From the NCBI GenBank assembly GCA_963729895.1, contig CAVSQB010000003.1, positions 1 through 64,000 of the forward strand: a stretch of 64,000 nucleotides of DNA. Reading direction: 5' to 3'. The translations under genes were made by a program, and so were the position numbers. The notes below the pieces were generated by a model, which ran no database searches, was not told the origin of the DNA, and saw nothing but the letters and a program-made list of their open reading frames with translations. Origin of the DNA: an uncultured Fibrobacterota bacterium. GTDB lineage: Bacteria; Fibrobacterota; Chitinivibrionia; Chitinivibrionales; FEN-1185. Positions within the stretch are counted from its first letter, which is position 1. Each line of letters opens with the position of its first letter. This document shows positions 10,308-20,639 of the stretch, piece by piece.

Positions 10308-11585
10308 TCACAAGGTGCCGATGGCGGCGAGCAGTTTCGCGTGGGCCGTGCGGTAGTCGCAGAGCGCCTGTGCATAGCTGCTCTTCGCGTTTGCCAATGT
10401 CACCTCCGCATCGGTGACCTCAAGCGAGGCGGCCGCGCCCGCGGCAAACCGTTCCTGCGAAAGCCGCAGGTCTTCCTGCGTCTGTTCAATCAGTTTCCTG
10501 GTTGCCACAATCCGTTCCGCGGCTTCCATTTTTTGAAAATAGTCTTGTTCCACTTCCGCCTGAACGCTCTGCATGTTTGCGTCAAGCTGGGCCTTGGCCT
10601 GGTCGCGGGCCGCCTGTGCCTGGTCGACGGCCGCAGCAAGCGATCCGCCTTCGTACAACGTTGCAGACAGCATGATTCCAACGCTCCAGTTGCTCTGCCA
10701 GTCCGAACCATCCGTCCTTTGATACCCGTATCCGGCTGAGGCGTTCAACTGGGGGAAAAGCGTCATTTTTGCAGATGTCACTTGAAGGTCCGCAGCGCGC
10801 AGCTGCGCGCGCGACGAGACCAGTTCGGGCCGCGCCTCCTGTGCGCGCGCAAGCGCTTCGATCAGGGAAATGTCCTGTTCCGGCGCTTCAAGGCTGTCGG
10901 TGAGGACCAGGGAATCCGGAAGCGCTGTGCCGGCCGCCACGTCCATCTGGACTTTTGCAAGCCTCACACCGTTCTTCGCTGTTATCAGGGCAACCTCGGC
11001 GCTGGCAAGGTCGGCTTCCGCCTTGACAACCGTGTACTTCGCCTGCTTCCCTGTTTCGAAAAGCACCTGCGCCTCCCCCAAGTGCGCCTGCTCCTGCGCG
11101 CGCGCCTCCCGCGCCACCGCAAGGAGCCTCTGCGAAAGCAAGTAGTTGAAATATGCGGTGGCGGCATTGACGACCACGGTTTGCACGCTGCCTCTTGCAT
11201 CCTGCTTCGCGGCGTCAACCAGCCGGGATGCTGCACCGCTTGAAAACCATGACTTTCCAAAATCGAAAATGAGCTGGCTCGCCGAAACGCCTGCGTCGTA
11301 GACGGAACCCGTGGTGGTGGTATTCAGAGAGGGAACGATGGACTCAGCCCTGTCGGCCTGTGCCTGCGCGCCGACGTGCGGAAGCAGCGCCGACACTGCG
11401 GATTTCCGCTTTGCAATCGCCGTCATCATGGCGCTGTGTGCGATTTGGACTTGGGGATTTTGCTTTTTCGCAAGTGCGATATACGAATCAAGGCTCAGCG
11501 GCCCGATCGGCTCACCGTCCGCCGAAGAGGACGGCGCTGCAGTCAACCCGGCGACAATCAAGGGAATGAATCCAGCCCATTTCAT
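10308..11585 (-). CDS. TolC-family outer membrane protein
   Basis: Two OEP repeats (QNPQ..LLP; RPEL..LFP), signal peptide, operon context. Confidence 0.9.
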   Translation of the reverse strand: MKWAGFIPLIVAGLTAAPSSSADGEPIGPLSLDSYIALAKKQNPQVQIAHSAMMTAIAKRKSAVSALLPHVGAQAQADRAESIVPSLNTTTTGSVYDAGVSASQLIFDFGKSWFSSGAASRLVDAAKQDARGSVQTVVVNAATAYFNYLLSQRLLAVAREARAQEQAHLGEAQVLFETGKQAKYTVVKAEADLASAEVALITAKNGVRLAKVQMDVAAGTALPDSLVLTDSLEAPEQDISLIEALARAQEARPELVSSRAQLRAADLQVTSAKMTLFPQLNASAGYGYQRTDGSDWQSNWSVGIMLSATLYEGGSLAAAVDQAQAARDQAKAQLDANMQSVQAEVEQDYFQKMEAAERIVATRKLIEQTQEDLRLSQERFAAGAAASLEVTDAEVTLANAKSSYAQALCDYRTAHAKLLAAIGTL

Positions 11586-11888
11586 AAAGAGAAACCGCCC
11601 TCTGCAAAGTACGTTTGTTTTCGTGAGGCCTATTTGACCGAACGTGCACTCCGTTCGTTACCCGGATATTCTTGGACGTACCATACCGACTTAATTCAGA
11701 TGAGCATTTGGGCGTTTCACGCATATGCAAAGGAGCACGGACGTGCATCACCACATATGCAGGTGGGCCCTCCTTGCGGGCTCGGCTTATCAGCCTCGTT
11801 GCCGGGGCGCAACCCCGCTTCAGCATGAATCATCCGCCCATGCAACGGAACTTCTCTCTAACAAAATGAGGGGGCCAATGCCCGCGCG

Positions 11889-12728
11889 CTACCCTTTCTT
11901 GAACGGAAGAACCTTTCCGGAATTATCGCCATCTTTCTTCCTGCGGCGTGAAGCCTCGTCAAGGGTGCGCTTCTCACCACCCGACAAAGAATCCATGCCA
12001 TGCTCGGATATTTTTTTGAGAATAGGGTCAACGACGGTTTCGAAATACGTTTTGTCGGCGATGCTTCCGGCAGCTTCCGCGCTTCGCCGCGCCTCGGCTG
12101 CCCTGGACTTCGCCTGCTCAAAAATATCCTTCAGAGAGGGAAAAAACTTCACATAGAGGAAGCCCACCGCTATGCCGCCCAAATGGGTGAGGTGCGAGAC
12201 GTTTCCCCATGCCCCAAACGACCCGAAAAGGGATATGGCGCCGAAAATTGCGACAGCAACCAGGACATTCACCGGGAAAAGAAAGAACAGAAGCATTTGG
12301 CGCCGCGAAAAATACAGCGCGTACACGGTAAGAAGCGCAAGCACAGCGCCCGAGGCCCCGATCACCGGCACAAACCACAACACGGGGCTGAACGCCGTGA
12401 ACACGCTAAAAAGGCCTGATGAGGTTGCCGCTGCAAGGTAGAAAACCACGAAGCGCCGCGTGCCCCAGAGGTCTTCCAGTTCCGTGCCGAACATCCACAG
12501 CGTGAGCATGTTAAAGAGAATATGGAACGGTCCGGCCGCGTCGTGAAGAAACGCATAGGTGCACAGCCGCCACAGTTGAAGCCCGCCAAACGCTTTGCAC
12601 GGAACAAGCGCGAACAGCCCGGATACGGCCGGGCCGATCCCGGGGAGCAACTGGACAATCCATACCGCGACGGTGGCGATAACGAGGGCGCGGATTCCTC
12701 TTGGAAACGGAGGAACTGCGTACTTCAT
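11889..12728 (-). CDS. rhomboid intramembrane serine protease
   Basis: HILFNM, GASG, HLGG; C-terminal DPILKKIS helix. Confidence 0.9.
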   Translation of the reverse strand: MKYAVPPFPRGIRALVIATVAVWIVQLLPGIGPAVSGLFALVPCKAFGGLQLWRLCTYAFLHDAAGPFHILFNMLTLWMFGTELEDLWGTRRFVVFYLAAATSSGLFSVFTAFSPVLWFVPVIGASGAVLALLTVYALYFSRRQMLLFFLFPVNVLVAVAIFGAISLFGSFGAWGNVSHLTHLGGIAVGFLYVKFFPSLKDIFEQAKSRAAEARRSAEAAGSIADKTYFETVVDPILKKISEHGMDSLSGGEKRTLDEASRRRKKDGDNSGKVLPFKKG

Positions 12729-13204
12729 CGTTTGGTTTTCTTCGCGAGGCCCCGCACAACGCAATCGGGCACAAAGGTGCCCACGTCTCCGCCGAGCCTC
12801 GATATCTGCTTCACCATGGAAGAATTAAGGTAGGTATATTTCTCGCTCGGCATGAGAAACACGGTCTCGGCGTTCCGGTTGATGTTCCTGTTTGTAAAAG
12901 CCATCTGGAACTCGTATTCGAAATCGGAAATCGCGCGGAGCCCGCGGATGAGCACGGTTGCCTTGTGCTCCATCAGGCAATTGGCGATAAGGCCGCCGTA
13001 GGCAATCACCTCTATATTATGCACTCCCGACAGGGCCTCCCGGGCCATGGCAAGCCGCTCCTTTGGGGAAAACAGCGGGTCTTTGCCCGGATTGTCGGCC
13101 ACCACGGCGACCACCTTGGAGAATATCTTTGCGGCCCGGACGGCAATGTCGATGTGACCAAACGTGATGGGATCAAAGGTGCCTGGGTAAAGTGCGGTCG
13201 GCAT
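12725..13204 (-). CDS. coaD: pantetheine-phosphate adenylyltransferase
   Basis: YPGTFDPITFGH, RGLRAISDFEYE, SSMVK. Confidence 0.97.
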   Translation of the reverse strand: MPTALYPGTFDPITFGHIDIAVRAAKIFSKVVAVVADNPGKDPLFSPKERLAMAREALSGVHNIEVIAYGGLIANCLMEHKATVLIRGLRAISDFEYEFQMAFTNRNINRNAETVFLMPSEKYTYLNSSMVKQISRLGGDVGTFVPDCVVRGLAKKTKR

Positions 13205-13402
13205 AGAAAGGGTCCCTCCTTATGAGTGAAAAATACGTTAGATGAACGGAGGTTGGTATCGATTTGAAAAATATGAGGGAAGAAGCGTGATTTTGCGATT
13301 ACTAAATCAAATAAGTTCAATTTTGGATTGCTGAGCCGGTGCAGCAATATCAAGATAATATTCTTGTGTGCTGAGCGTGTGCGGCGATCAAAAGTTAATG
13401 CG

Positions 13403-13500
13403 ATTTTGGTTTGCTGAGCCGGTGCGGCGTGGATGTACCCTTTGCAAGCCCGTACCTTCAGTTGCGCGCACCGTGCAAGCACCCGGTTACAGAATTCTCA
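13403..13500. repeat. 98-bp dispersed structured repeat, copy A
   Basis: 84/98 identical (manual alignment) to the reverse complement of 59586-59683. Confidence 0.85.
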
Positions 13501-13736
13501 GGAGAACTAACCCGTCAACTATCCAACCATCTAACTCGACGTATCTTGACAATTGTGGACATTGCCTTATGCCAACCGCCAGGCCGGACTGGAAGGTGCG
13601 CCAATGCGCAGTGCCGGCTGACCCGCGCCGCAGGCGACCAGAGCGGTCCGGCACCGAGACCAACCGGCACTGCTATCCAAAAGCATTTTAATATTCACAT
13701 TTCCGGCTCAGCACAAGCCTCTGCGAAAGAAATTTC

Positions 13737-14315
13737 TTATTCTTCCGTCCCGTTCCGCCGTATAAATTCCACCACCGTATCCCCGTACGTTCTCTCCTCG
13801 GCAGAAAACCCTTTTGCAGCAAGCCTCGCGCCCTGTGAAACTCCCGTCTTCTCTCGTTCGTAAACCAGCACTCCTTCCACAGCGAGCAGCCCCGCTATTG
13901 CCGGCACAAGCGAGGCAAGCCCGGCGTCGCCGTACGGCGGATCGTGGAAGATAATATCGTACGAACCGTTCGCGCCTTGTCTATCGTACGAGTCAACAAA
14001 CCGCCGGACGTCTTGTGTTATCACCGTGCACTGGTTTTTGATGCCGAACGCCTCGCAGTGCCGCAGGATGACGGCGGCGCGGCCGCGGTCATCCTCGACA
14101 AAATCAACATGTGCCGCGCCGCGGCTCACGAGCTCGATGCCCAGCGCGCCGCTGCCGGCGCAAAGATCCGCGGCCCGAGCGCCGGGAATCCGGGCCTTGA
14201 GCGTTTCGGCAACGGCGGTGCGGACACGTTCCTGGGTTGGACGGAACTGTTGCGCGCGCTTTTCAACGGTCACAAAGCGGCGCGAAAGCGTGCCGGAAAC
14301 GATGCGGAGTTTCAT
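13737..14315 (-). CDS. rsmD: 16S rRNA m2G966 methyltransferase
   Basis: LRIVSG, RPTQERVR, DLCAGSGALGIE, DPPY, YGDT; upstream of coaD. Confidence 0.9.
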   Translation of the reverse strand: MKLRIVSGTLSRRFVTVEKRAQQFRPTQERVRTAVAETLKARIPGARAADLCAGSGALGIELVSRGAAHVDFVEDDRGRAAVILRHCEAFGIKNQCTVITQDVRRFVDSYDRQGANGSYDIIFHDPPYGDAGLASLVPAIAGLLAVEGVLVYEREKTGVSQGARLAAKGFSAEERTYGDTVVEFIRRNGTEE

Positions 14316-14329
14316 GGCGGGAGCGGCGG

Positions 14330-15253
14330 CTATTGGCGGGTGGTGACGATGATCTGCGACTCGATTGCGACCGTAGCGCCGGTCACTGCGGTGAGCAGGA
14401 TGCGCTTGAACGCGCACGGCTCGCCGGCCTGGTGCAGGCGGTCGACAAACTTCACAAAATTCTTGTAGGAACCGGTGCCCGTCCAATGATACAGGTGCCG
14501 GCAGTACGCGCCCGCCTTTTCTATTGACACATGCGTAAGGCCCTTGGGGATGGTTATCGAATTTTCCTTGGCGGCCCGCTCAAACGCGGTAACCACCCGC
14601 GGCAGATCGCCGTCGGCCGGAAGGGGCGCACCCACGATCGGATCATGCAGGTTGAGACCGAACTCGACTTTTCCGGTGAAGGCGAACCTGAAACCGTCGG
14701 CCCCGTTGCGCGTGATCTGGGTAAGCGGCCTCGGCAGCAGGGCCACGTTGCGGGACCTGAGGGTTTCAAGCGCGCCTTCCACAAGCTCTTTCGACGGCGC
14801 GACGCCCACCGCGTACAGGGTCTGGAAGTTGTCCGATTCCACCGAGCGAAGCCCCATGCCGGCGGGCACGGCCGCGCCGAGCAGATCCATCACATTCTTG
14901 GCGAACAGGACTTCATAGCCGATTTTCTCCGACAAAGAAAGGTCGTTGTAGGCAAGGTCGAGTCTGCCGCCGGCCGACACGTTTTTCCCTTCGGCGGTAA
15001 CCTCCTGCACCACGTCCCGCACCATGCCCGCTGCGGCAGGCGCTGCAAACGCTGCCTCCGGTTTCACACCGGTTTCCTGTTTTTCATGCGAGGGCGCGCC
15101 GGGAAACAGAGAGGAGCGAAACATCCATGCGGCACCGCCCGCCGCGGCAACAACAATGACGACGGCAACGGCCATGCCGACGCCCTTTCCACGGCCGCGG
15201 CGTTCCAGGCGCGGCTCGTCAAGGGGCTTCCTGAGGAGGTTGATGCGGATCAT
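14330..15253 (-). CDS. PilN/PilO-like pilus alignment protein
   Basis: MIRINLL start (PilN-type INLL) plus TM; overlaps the pilM stop. Confidence 0.6.
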   Translation of the reverse strand: MIRINLLRKPLDEPRLERRGRGKGVGMAVAVVIVVAAAGGAAWMFRSSLFPGAPSHEKQETGVKPEAAFAAPAAAGMVRDVVQEVTAEGKNVSAGGRLDLAYNDLSLSEKIGYEVLFAKNVMDLLGAAVPAGMGLRSVESDNFQTLYAVGVAPSKELVEGALETLRSRNVALLPRPLTQITRNGADGFRFAFTGKVEFGLNLHDPIVGAPLPADGDLPRVVTAFERAAKENSITIPKGLTHVSIEKAGAYCRHLYHWTGTGSYKNFVKFVDRLHQAGEPCAFKRILLTAVTGATVAIESQIIVTTRQ

Positions 15254-16167
15254 GCGCCGGCCTCCGCAGCGCAGCGCAGTGCAAGCCCCACGGCCACCGC
15301 CAGGTATGGAACGCACTTGACAAGATCGTCTCTGGGAATGGCGACCGTGGACCGGATCGACTTGAACGGATCGAGCAAGCGTGCGTTGCCCAGGCGCGAG
15401 CACACTCGCTCGCAAAATTCCTGGTCGGCAAAAAGCGGTCCGGTCACGAAGGTTGCATACGGGCCGAACGTTCCGGCATGGTTCCGCGCCATGGTCTCCT
15501 GCACCTGAGAAGCGTAGGCGTCGGCTGCGGTTTGTCCTGCGCGGTGCTCTATCACGTCAAAATCAAGGAACCCGCCGTGTGCGGTGAGAACAAGCTTCGA
15601 CGAATCGCTGGCGCCGTGAACGATGAGCGCGGGCGCCATGGCGTTTTCGCGGTAGTTCGCTTCAAACACGTCGATAAGGGCGAATATGTCGAGGTCCACG
15701 ACGCGCGGCACGAGCCTTCCCGCCTTGAGGAGCGAGACGAGTTTCCGCACGTTTGCCGTACGATACGCAACCGCCAGAAAGTGCCTGCAGCCGTCGTCGG
15801 CGCCAGCCACAGCCTCAAAATCGAATGCATAGTCCTGCATCGCGCCTACAATGGACTGCCCCAGTTCCCACTCTATCGCCTCCGCGACGTTTTCTTCGTC
15901 TTCGTCAAGCATCACGTTTTTCACCACTGCAAAGTTAGACGGCACGGCCACGGCCGCCGCCTGGCCTTGGCAGCGCATTTGCGCGGCAAGTTTTCTGAAT
16001 CTGGTCCTCAGGGAGGAGACAAGGTCGTCGGACGCGGGCGCATCGTCGAGCGGACTGGTGATGATGCTCGCGTTCACCACGGTATTCTCCTCGGAGGAAT
16101 ACTGGGCCACGCTGATGTTGTCCCTCGTTATTTCCACTCCGCTAACGCTGTCCTCGCGCGTCGCCAT
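15250..16167 (-). CDS. pilM: type IV pilus assembly protein PilM-like
   Basis: AVAVPS, AIEWE, DYAFDF, VVDLDIFAL, AVAVGLALR. Confidence 0.8.
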   Translation of the reverse strand: MATREDSVSGVEITRDNISVAQYSSEENTVVNASIITSPLDDAPASDDLVSSLRTRFRKLAAQMRCQGQAAAVAVPSNFAVVKNVMLDEDEENVAEAIEWELGQSIVGAMQDYAFDFEAVAGADDGCRHFLAVAYRTANVRKLVSLLKAGRLVPRVVDLDIFALIDVFEANYRENAMAPALIVHGASDSSKLVLTAHGGFLDFDVIEHRAGQTAADAYASQVQETMARNHAGTFGPYATFVTGPLFADQEFCERVCSRLGNARLLDPFKSIRSTVAIPRDDLVKCVPYLAVAVGLALRCAAEAGA

Positions 16168-16264
16168 TATCGCTCCGGTATCCACCTGATGGTAAGGAGG
16201 TCACTTGTTTCACCGCGCGTCCGCCGGGCGCACGGCACGTAATAAAATGCGTGATTGTTGATCG

Positions 16265-16280
16265 TAAAGCAACTGCGACG
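16265..16280. repeat. att core, left (TAAAGCAACTGCGACG)
   Basis: Identical to 25302-25317. Confidence 0.88.
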
Positions 16281-16323
16281 TAAATACTCGAAAAACCGCT
16301 TTTTTGTGCAAATTTCAACACTT

Positions 16324-17430
16324 TTAGACTGCCTCAACCTTTGAATGTTTCACAGTCGCTTCACAGTTACCGGGAAATTTGATATTCTGAGCACTTCTGA
16401 GGCTGTCCTTGTGCCAATAGGTACTGAGCATAGGCGTTCGCCATCCGGCAATATCCATAATGGCGCGTTCGCTGTTGCCGCAAGCGTGCAAATCGGTTGC
16501 CGCTACATGCCGTAGATCATGGACGCGGACATTTTCAAGCCCGGCAATCTTCAAACAGGTTTTCCAAGCCCGCGTGAAATGTCCCACAGAGCGAAAACCG
16601 CCTTTCCGATCCTGCCGGAAAAATAACCACGGGCACCCTGCCGGTATGCCTTGAAAATAGTCCTTCATTTCAGGCGGTACGGGTTTGTGTATCGGTATTC
16701 CGGCCTTGCTGTCCGGCACGTATACCGTATTGGTGAAAGCGTTGTATGCTTCCCTCGGAAGGTTCACAAGTTCACCCTTGCGGCACGGCACAAGTAACGA
16801 ATACCGCACAAAAGGCAAAAGGTACGGGTGCCGGGCTTCAATGGCATTCAATAGCCGCGCGCGTTCATCCTGAGTCAAATATCGGTCCCTCGGGCTTTCC
16901 TTTGCCTTTGGAAAACGGGCCTTTGAAATCGGGTTCTCCTTCAGTAATCCAAGCTCTACAGTCAAGTTGAGGGCCGCGCGTACCACTGCTGTTAGTTGGT
17001 TTACAGTGCCGTTACTTGGCAGTCTCCCTTTTTGATCTGTGAACTGATATTTTTTCAAGGGAGTGACCTTGTAGCGCCTTAACCACGCCTCGAAACGATC
17101 CGCGAACGCGGGCAAGGGCACTTTCCCCAGGTCCGCCGAAAGCCTTTTGAACCGTGACACGTCCCTGGGGTCCACCTTGTTTCGCTTTTCCCGATAAATC
17201 GAAAGTACTTCATCAAAGGTTTGCAGTACTGTCAAAGAGCAAGAGCGCCCGGCAGAATCGCCGCGCAATTCCGCTTTCATTTCCGCAAGCAGAATCCGCG
17301 CTTGTTCCTTGGTGCCGGTGATGGTCTGCCGCCGTTGCACAATCTTTCCGCCTACACGGACACGCGCAACGACGCACCACCTGTTTTTATCAACTGGCCG
17401 GAGTCCGGCCTCTTTCTTCCGGTAAATCAT
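16324..17430 (-). CDS. tyrosine recombinase / phage integrase
   Basis: CRKGEL (R), DSK (K), VHDLRH (HxxR), IAGW, TY catalytic residues; RBS before ATG 17430. Confidence 0.93.
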   Translation of the reverse strand: MIYRKKEAGLRPVDKNRWCVVARVRVGGKIVQRRQTITGTKEQARILLAEMKAELRGDSAGRSCSLTVLQTFDEVLSIYREKRNKVDPRDVSRFKRLSADLGKVPLPAFADRFEAWLRRYKVTPLKKYQFTDQKGRLPSNGTVNQLTAVVRAALNLTVELGLLKENPISKARFPKAKESPRDRYLTQDERARLLNAIEARHPYLLPFVRYSLLVPCRKGELVNLPREAYNAFTNTVYVPDSKAGIPIHKPVPPEMKDYFQGIPAGCPWLFFRQDRKGGFRSVGHFTRAWKTCLKIAGLENVRVHDLRHVAATDLHACGNSERAIMDIAGWRTPMLSTYWHKDSLRSAQNIKFPGNCEATVKHSKVEAV

Positions 17431-17498
17431 TGCTTCATTCCTTCCGCAATGAATACCGGACGCGATAACCATAATATACCTTTTGATACCCCAAGGTA

Positions 17499-17762
17499 CT
17501 ACCTTTTGTCATACAAGAGACTTCCCGAAAGGAGCCGCTTTTCGATTTCCCGCGCCGGATACCGCCACACGCGGCCCATTTTACAACAGGGCAAGCGCCG
17601 CGCCGCCGTCCATTTCGTGACGGCCTTTAGGGACACGTTCACCTTCCGGGCAAGCTGTCGGGCTGTCAAATACTCCGCTTCCGGCGCGCTCGTGTCCGGG
17701 CAAGAGTACGCTTCGTTCGATCCATCGCTCTCATGCCGGGCCGTCGTTGTCGTTTCGTTCAT
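17499..17762 (-). CDS. excisionase-like HTH protein
   Basis: YLTARQLARKVNVS..KW...LPCCKMGRVWRY; AAAGGAG RBS; adjacent to int. Confidence 0.85.
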   Translation of the reverse strand: MNETTTTARHESDGSNEAYSCPDTSAPEAEYLTARQLARKVNVSLKAVTKWTAARRLPCCKMGRVWRYPAREIEKRLLSGSLLYDKR

Positions 17763-17925
17763 AGGTGTCACTCCTTTTTCTGGTTTTGAGATTGCGTTTC
17801 GTTTTTCGCATAATTATTTATTGCAATTGTAAACACTAAAAAAACCTCGCTTTTAGCGTGTTTTCGCCACTTAACAAAGTACGATTACATAAAAACCATT
17901 ATGCGTCATTGTTAAATAGCCTTTG

Positions 17926-18858
17926 TCAATGCGCCATGCAATAGCAAACGCCGTGCGCGTGAATTTCCAGCGCCGTCAATGCCCGGACGGATGCTTGCAA
18001 AGTAAAATTCGTTGTTGTCACGTCGTCAAGCACAAACACCACCTTCCCTATCCATTTTTCAACGCCCGGCAAAACGACAATGTCCGGGTGTGCCGCGAAG
18101 CGTCCACGGCTTTTCTTGTCCCAGGCCGCGAACATCGGCGCGTATTCAAAACCGAAATGCCCCGCGACTAATTGACAAACAAAATCCATGACGTGCGGTT
18201 TTTCCTGATTCCGAATTGAGCGGGGGGCCATTGTCACGGCATGGACCGTGCCGAAGTGGTTATTTGATTCAAAGAATTTCACGAAATACGGGGTAATGCG
18301 TTCGGCCAGGGCTTCGGGGTGTTCTGCCTTATCGACTATGAAAACTGCCCATTCTGTCGGCTCCATATACCGTTTTAAGCGCAATGCAAACGAGCCAAGG
18401 GAAACCCGTTTTATGTGGAATGGCCCCTTTCCGATCTGTCGGCCTTCCGGCTCCTCGGGTTCTTCCTGGTTGTTTCCGCTTGTTCATTTTCGCCGGGGAA
18501 AAACAGGCTCGGGCGGATGATCTTCACGGGCTTATTTGCTTTGACGGCGCGCTTGATCGTGTCCCAGGTGCTGCTGTGGTCCTTCTCGGTGAATGCAACA
18601 ACCATATCCGATTGGTCAACAATCTTCTGGTTTCGTTCAAAATACCGTTGTGTGTATTCGTGCCGCTCGTTGCACCCGTTCAAGTCTGGAAGGCATCTGC
18701 ACGTCCAGGCCGTTCTTGCGGGCTTGTTCTGCCGCCGCCCCGTCCACGCCCCTCGCACCGCCGCTAATGACGGTAACGCCTTTGGGAAGGTCGTTGATGA
18801 ACCATTGGACAAGCTTCAATTGCGGGAATTCACGACTGCCGACAATTCCGATTTTCAT
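17926..18858 (-). pseudogene. SLOG (DprA/YspA-like)-phosphoribosyltransferase fusion with two frameshifts
   Basis: IGIVGSR, ISGGARGVD, RNQKIV..SD (SLOG), then VFVLDDVTTTNFTL (PRPP-binding loop); frameshifts near 18697 and 18470. Confidence 0.75.
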
Positions 18859-18906
18859 AATGCCCACCACTGTACGATTGAATGTTTATGTTTTTCCAGT
18901 CTGTTA

Positions 18907-20353
18907 CTACCACTGCGATAATGCTGACAAATCATAACCGCCCATTTCGTTTTCAACCTTGTGGAGATAAAACGCAAGACAACAGGAATCGCCGTCATCA
19001 GTTGACCGACCAAGACGCTTCCGAATATCCTCTTTTGATTCAATCTGCAATTTTCCATCGCTTCGAAGCGGCAGGCGGCGAACAGCAACAAGGTCACCGA
19101 TCAAAAGTTCATCGTCGGGAAGCGCAACCATTTCCGCGTTTTCGGGATCAAACATTTCCCGCATATTCCACCACATTAACGCCCGGACGTTCGCAAATTG
19201 ATAAAGTCCGGTGCGGTCCACTTTGTCAGTGCGCGCAGCAAAATTGACGGAATTTATGCGGCTTTTGCACTCTGGAAATTCAGAAAGTCGATCTGCGGTT
19301 CCCGCTCTCTCTCCATAACTCACGTCGATATTGACAAGCTCACCCGCGCTCATTGCTACTTTTAATTTGCCTGCCAGCTCCATAGGGCGTGATTTTTGGT
19401 ATCGCTCAATTTTCACGCTGATACTGCTATACTGATAAAAAAACGAAGTCTTGTCTGTGCTTTGTCCGGCTGTATCTGCGCTGATCACAAATTTTCCTTC
19501 AACGTAGAACTCTTGGCGCGCTAATCAGAACGGCGGGCAATTGCGGTCTCAACCACGTGAACGGAATAACGGCGTCTGGGCTGTCGGTTGCGAAAATTCC
19601 CCATACACGGGTTTGATAGGCAATGCTGTCTTTTCACAGGCATCGCGCTTTGCGCTCATTCAAGCGTGATACGCTCGGCTCGTATTGCTCACGTAAAGAA
19701 ACGTGCGCACCTTCCATTTTTCGTACCTTTTGGCGTGAACAAATTGAATAAAAAACGCTGGACGTATCGCTGGGCGTTGAAAGCGCAATCTGTAAATGGT
19801 CCAGGGGTAGAGAAAGCGCCATGCGCTTTCCCAGTAAAAGAAGGAACTGCTTTTGCTTCGTCGAAAATGTACACTATTCTTTTAGCGTGCGCGCTTTCAA
19901 TAGTGACGGATTATCTGAAGCAACGCAAAGGCTTTGCTCTGTTCGGCGAATTGACATTAGAGAGTGAGCAAGAGGGGCGCGCTGCAACGCTCGCTTTTTC
20001 TACTGAACCATCTTACTTACAGTACTATTTATGAACTTCCGGCACAGGTATTCTTCAAGCTGCGCTATGCACTCGCTGTGGTGATAATTTTGCAGTCCGC
20101 GCTTACGCGCTACCACAAAACGAGCAAGGCGCAAGGACGAAATTGCAAGTCTGTGCGGGCTGAATACACGATTTTCTTGATTCGTTTTTTACTATTTGCA
20201 AAACATCGCATGATACGGCGGACTCAATATCTACAAAGTCAAGATATTGGTACGGGTTATTGTAGTATTTGGCTCATACTCTTGCGAGTTAGGATTGAAG
20301 CGAACTCTGTTTTCAAGTTTTTCAAATCGTGAAAGCACAGACACGCGGTTCAT
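18907..20353 (-). pseudogene. phage terminase large subunit, heavily mutated
   Basis: Fragments DCKIITTASA(W), YIFDEAKAVP (Walker B), ISADTAG..DKT, IESKEDIRKRLGRSTDDGD; many stops and frameshifts. Confidence 0.82.
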
Positions 20354-20634
20354 TTTCTGCTTCAATTGTTTTTCAATAGCTGCGAACGGTCTTCGACAAG
20401 CTGCTCGAATTCACAGTCTTTTGTTATTTGACAATACGTCTGCGATAAATAAGCAAGTGTCTTCGCGTCTTTCCACCTATTTCACGCGACAAAATGCGCA
20501 ATCAGGCGCGACAACAGGCGTTTTGCGGTTCTGGTATTCCTCACGGCAGGTATCTTGGGGAATACAGGCGGGGGATGGTTTGTCGCATCATTAGATGAGG
20601 TAGCGTTTTGCAACTTTTGAGATTCATTTTCTAT
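20350..20634 (-). pseudogene. probable terminase small subunit, frameshifted
   Basis: Helical fragment ...AKRLLSRLIA..DAKTLAYL..EDR.AAIEKQLK whose stop overlaps the terL start (ATGA); probable start codon now reads ATA. Confidence 0.45.
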
Positions 20635-20639
20635 GCGAA

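Noticed and set aside
13320..13430. Possible CRISPR mini-array
   Set aside because: Only three degenerate repeats, short irregular spacers, no cas genes
16265..16280. att core as a tRNA 3' end or dif site
   Set aside because: No cloverleaf, TTCGA loop or CCA end; no XerC/XerD arms
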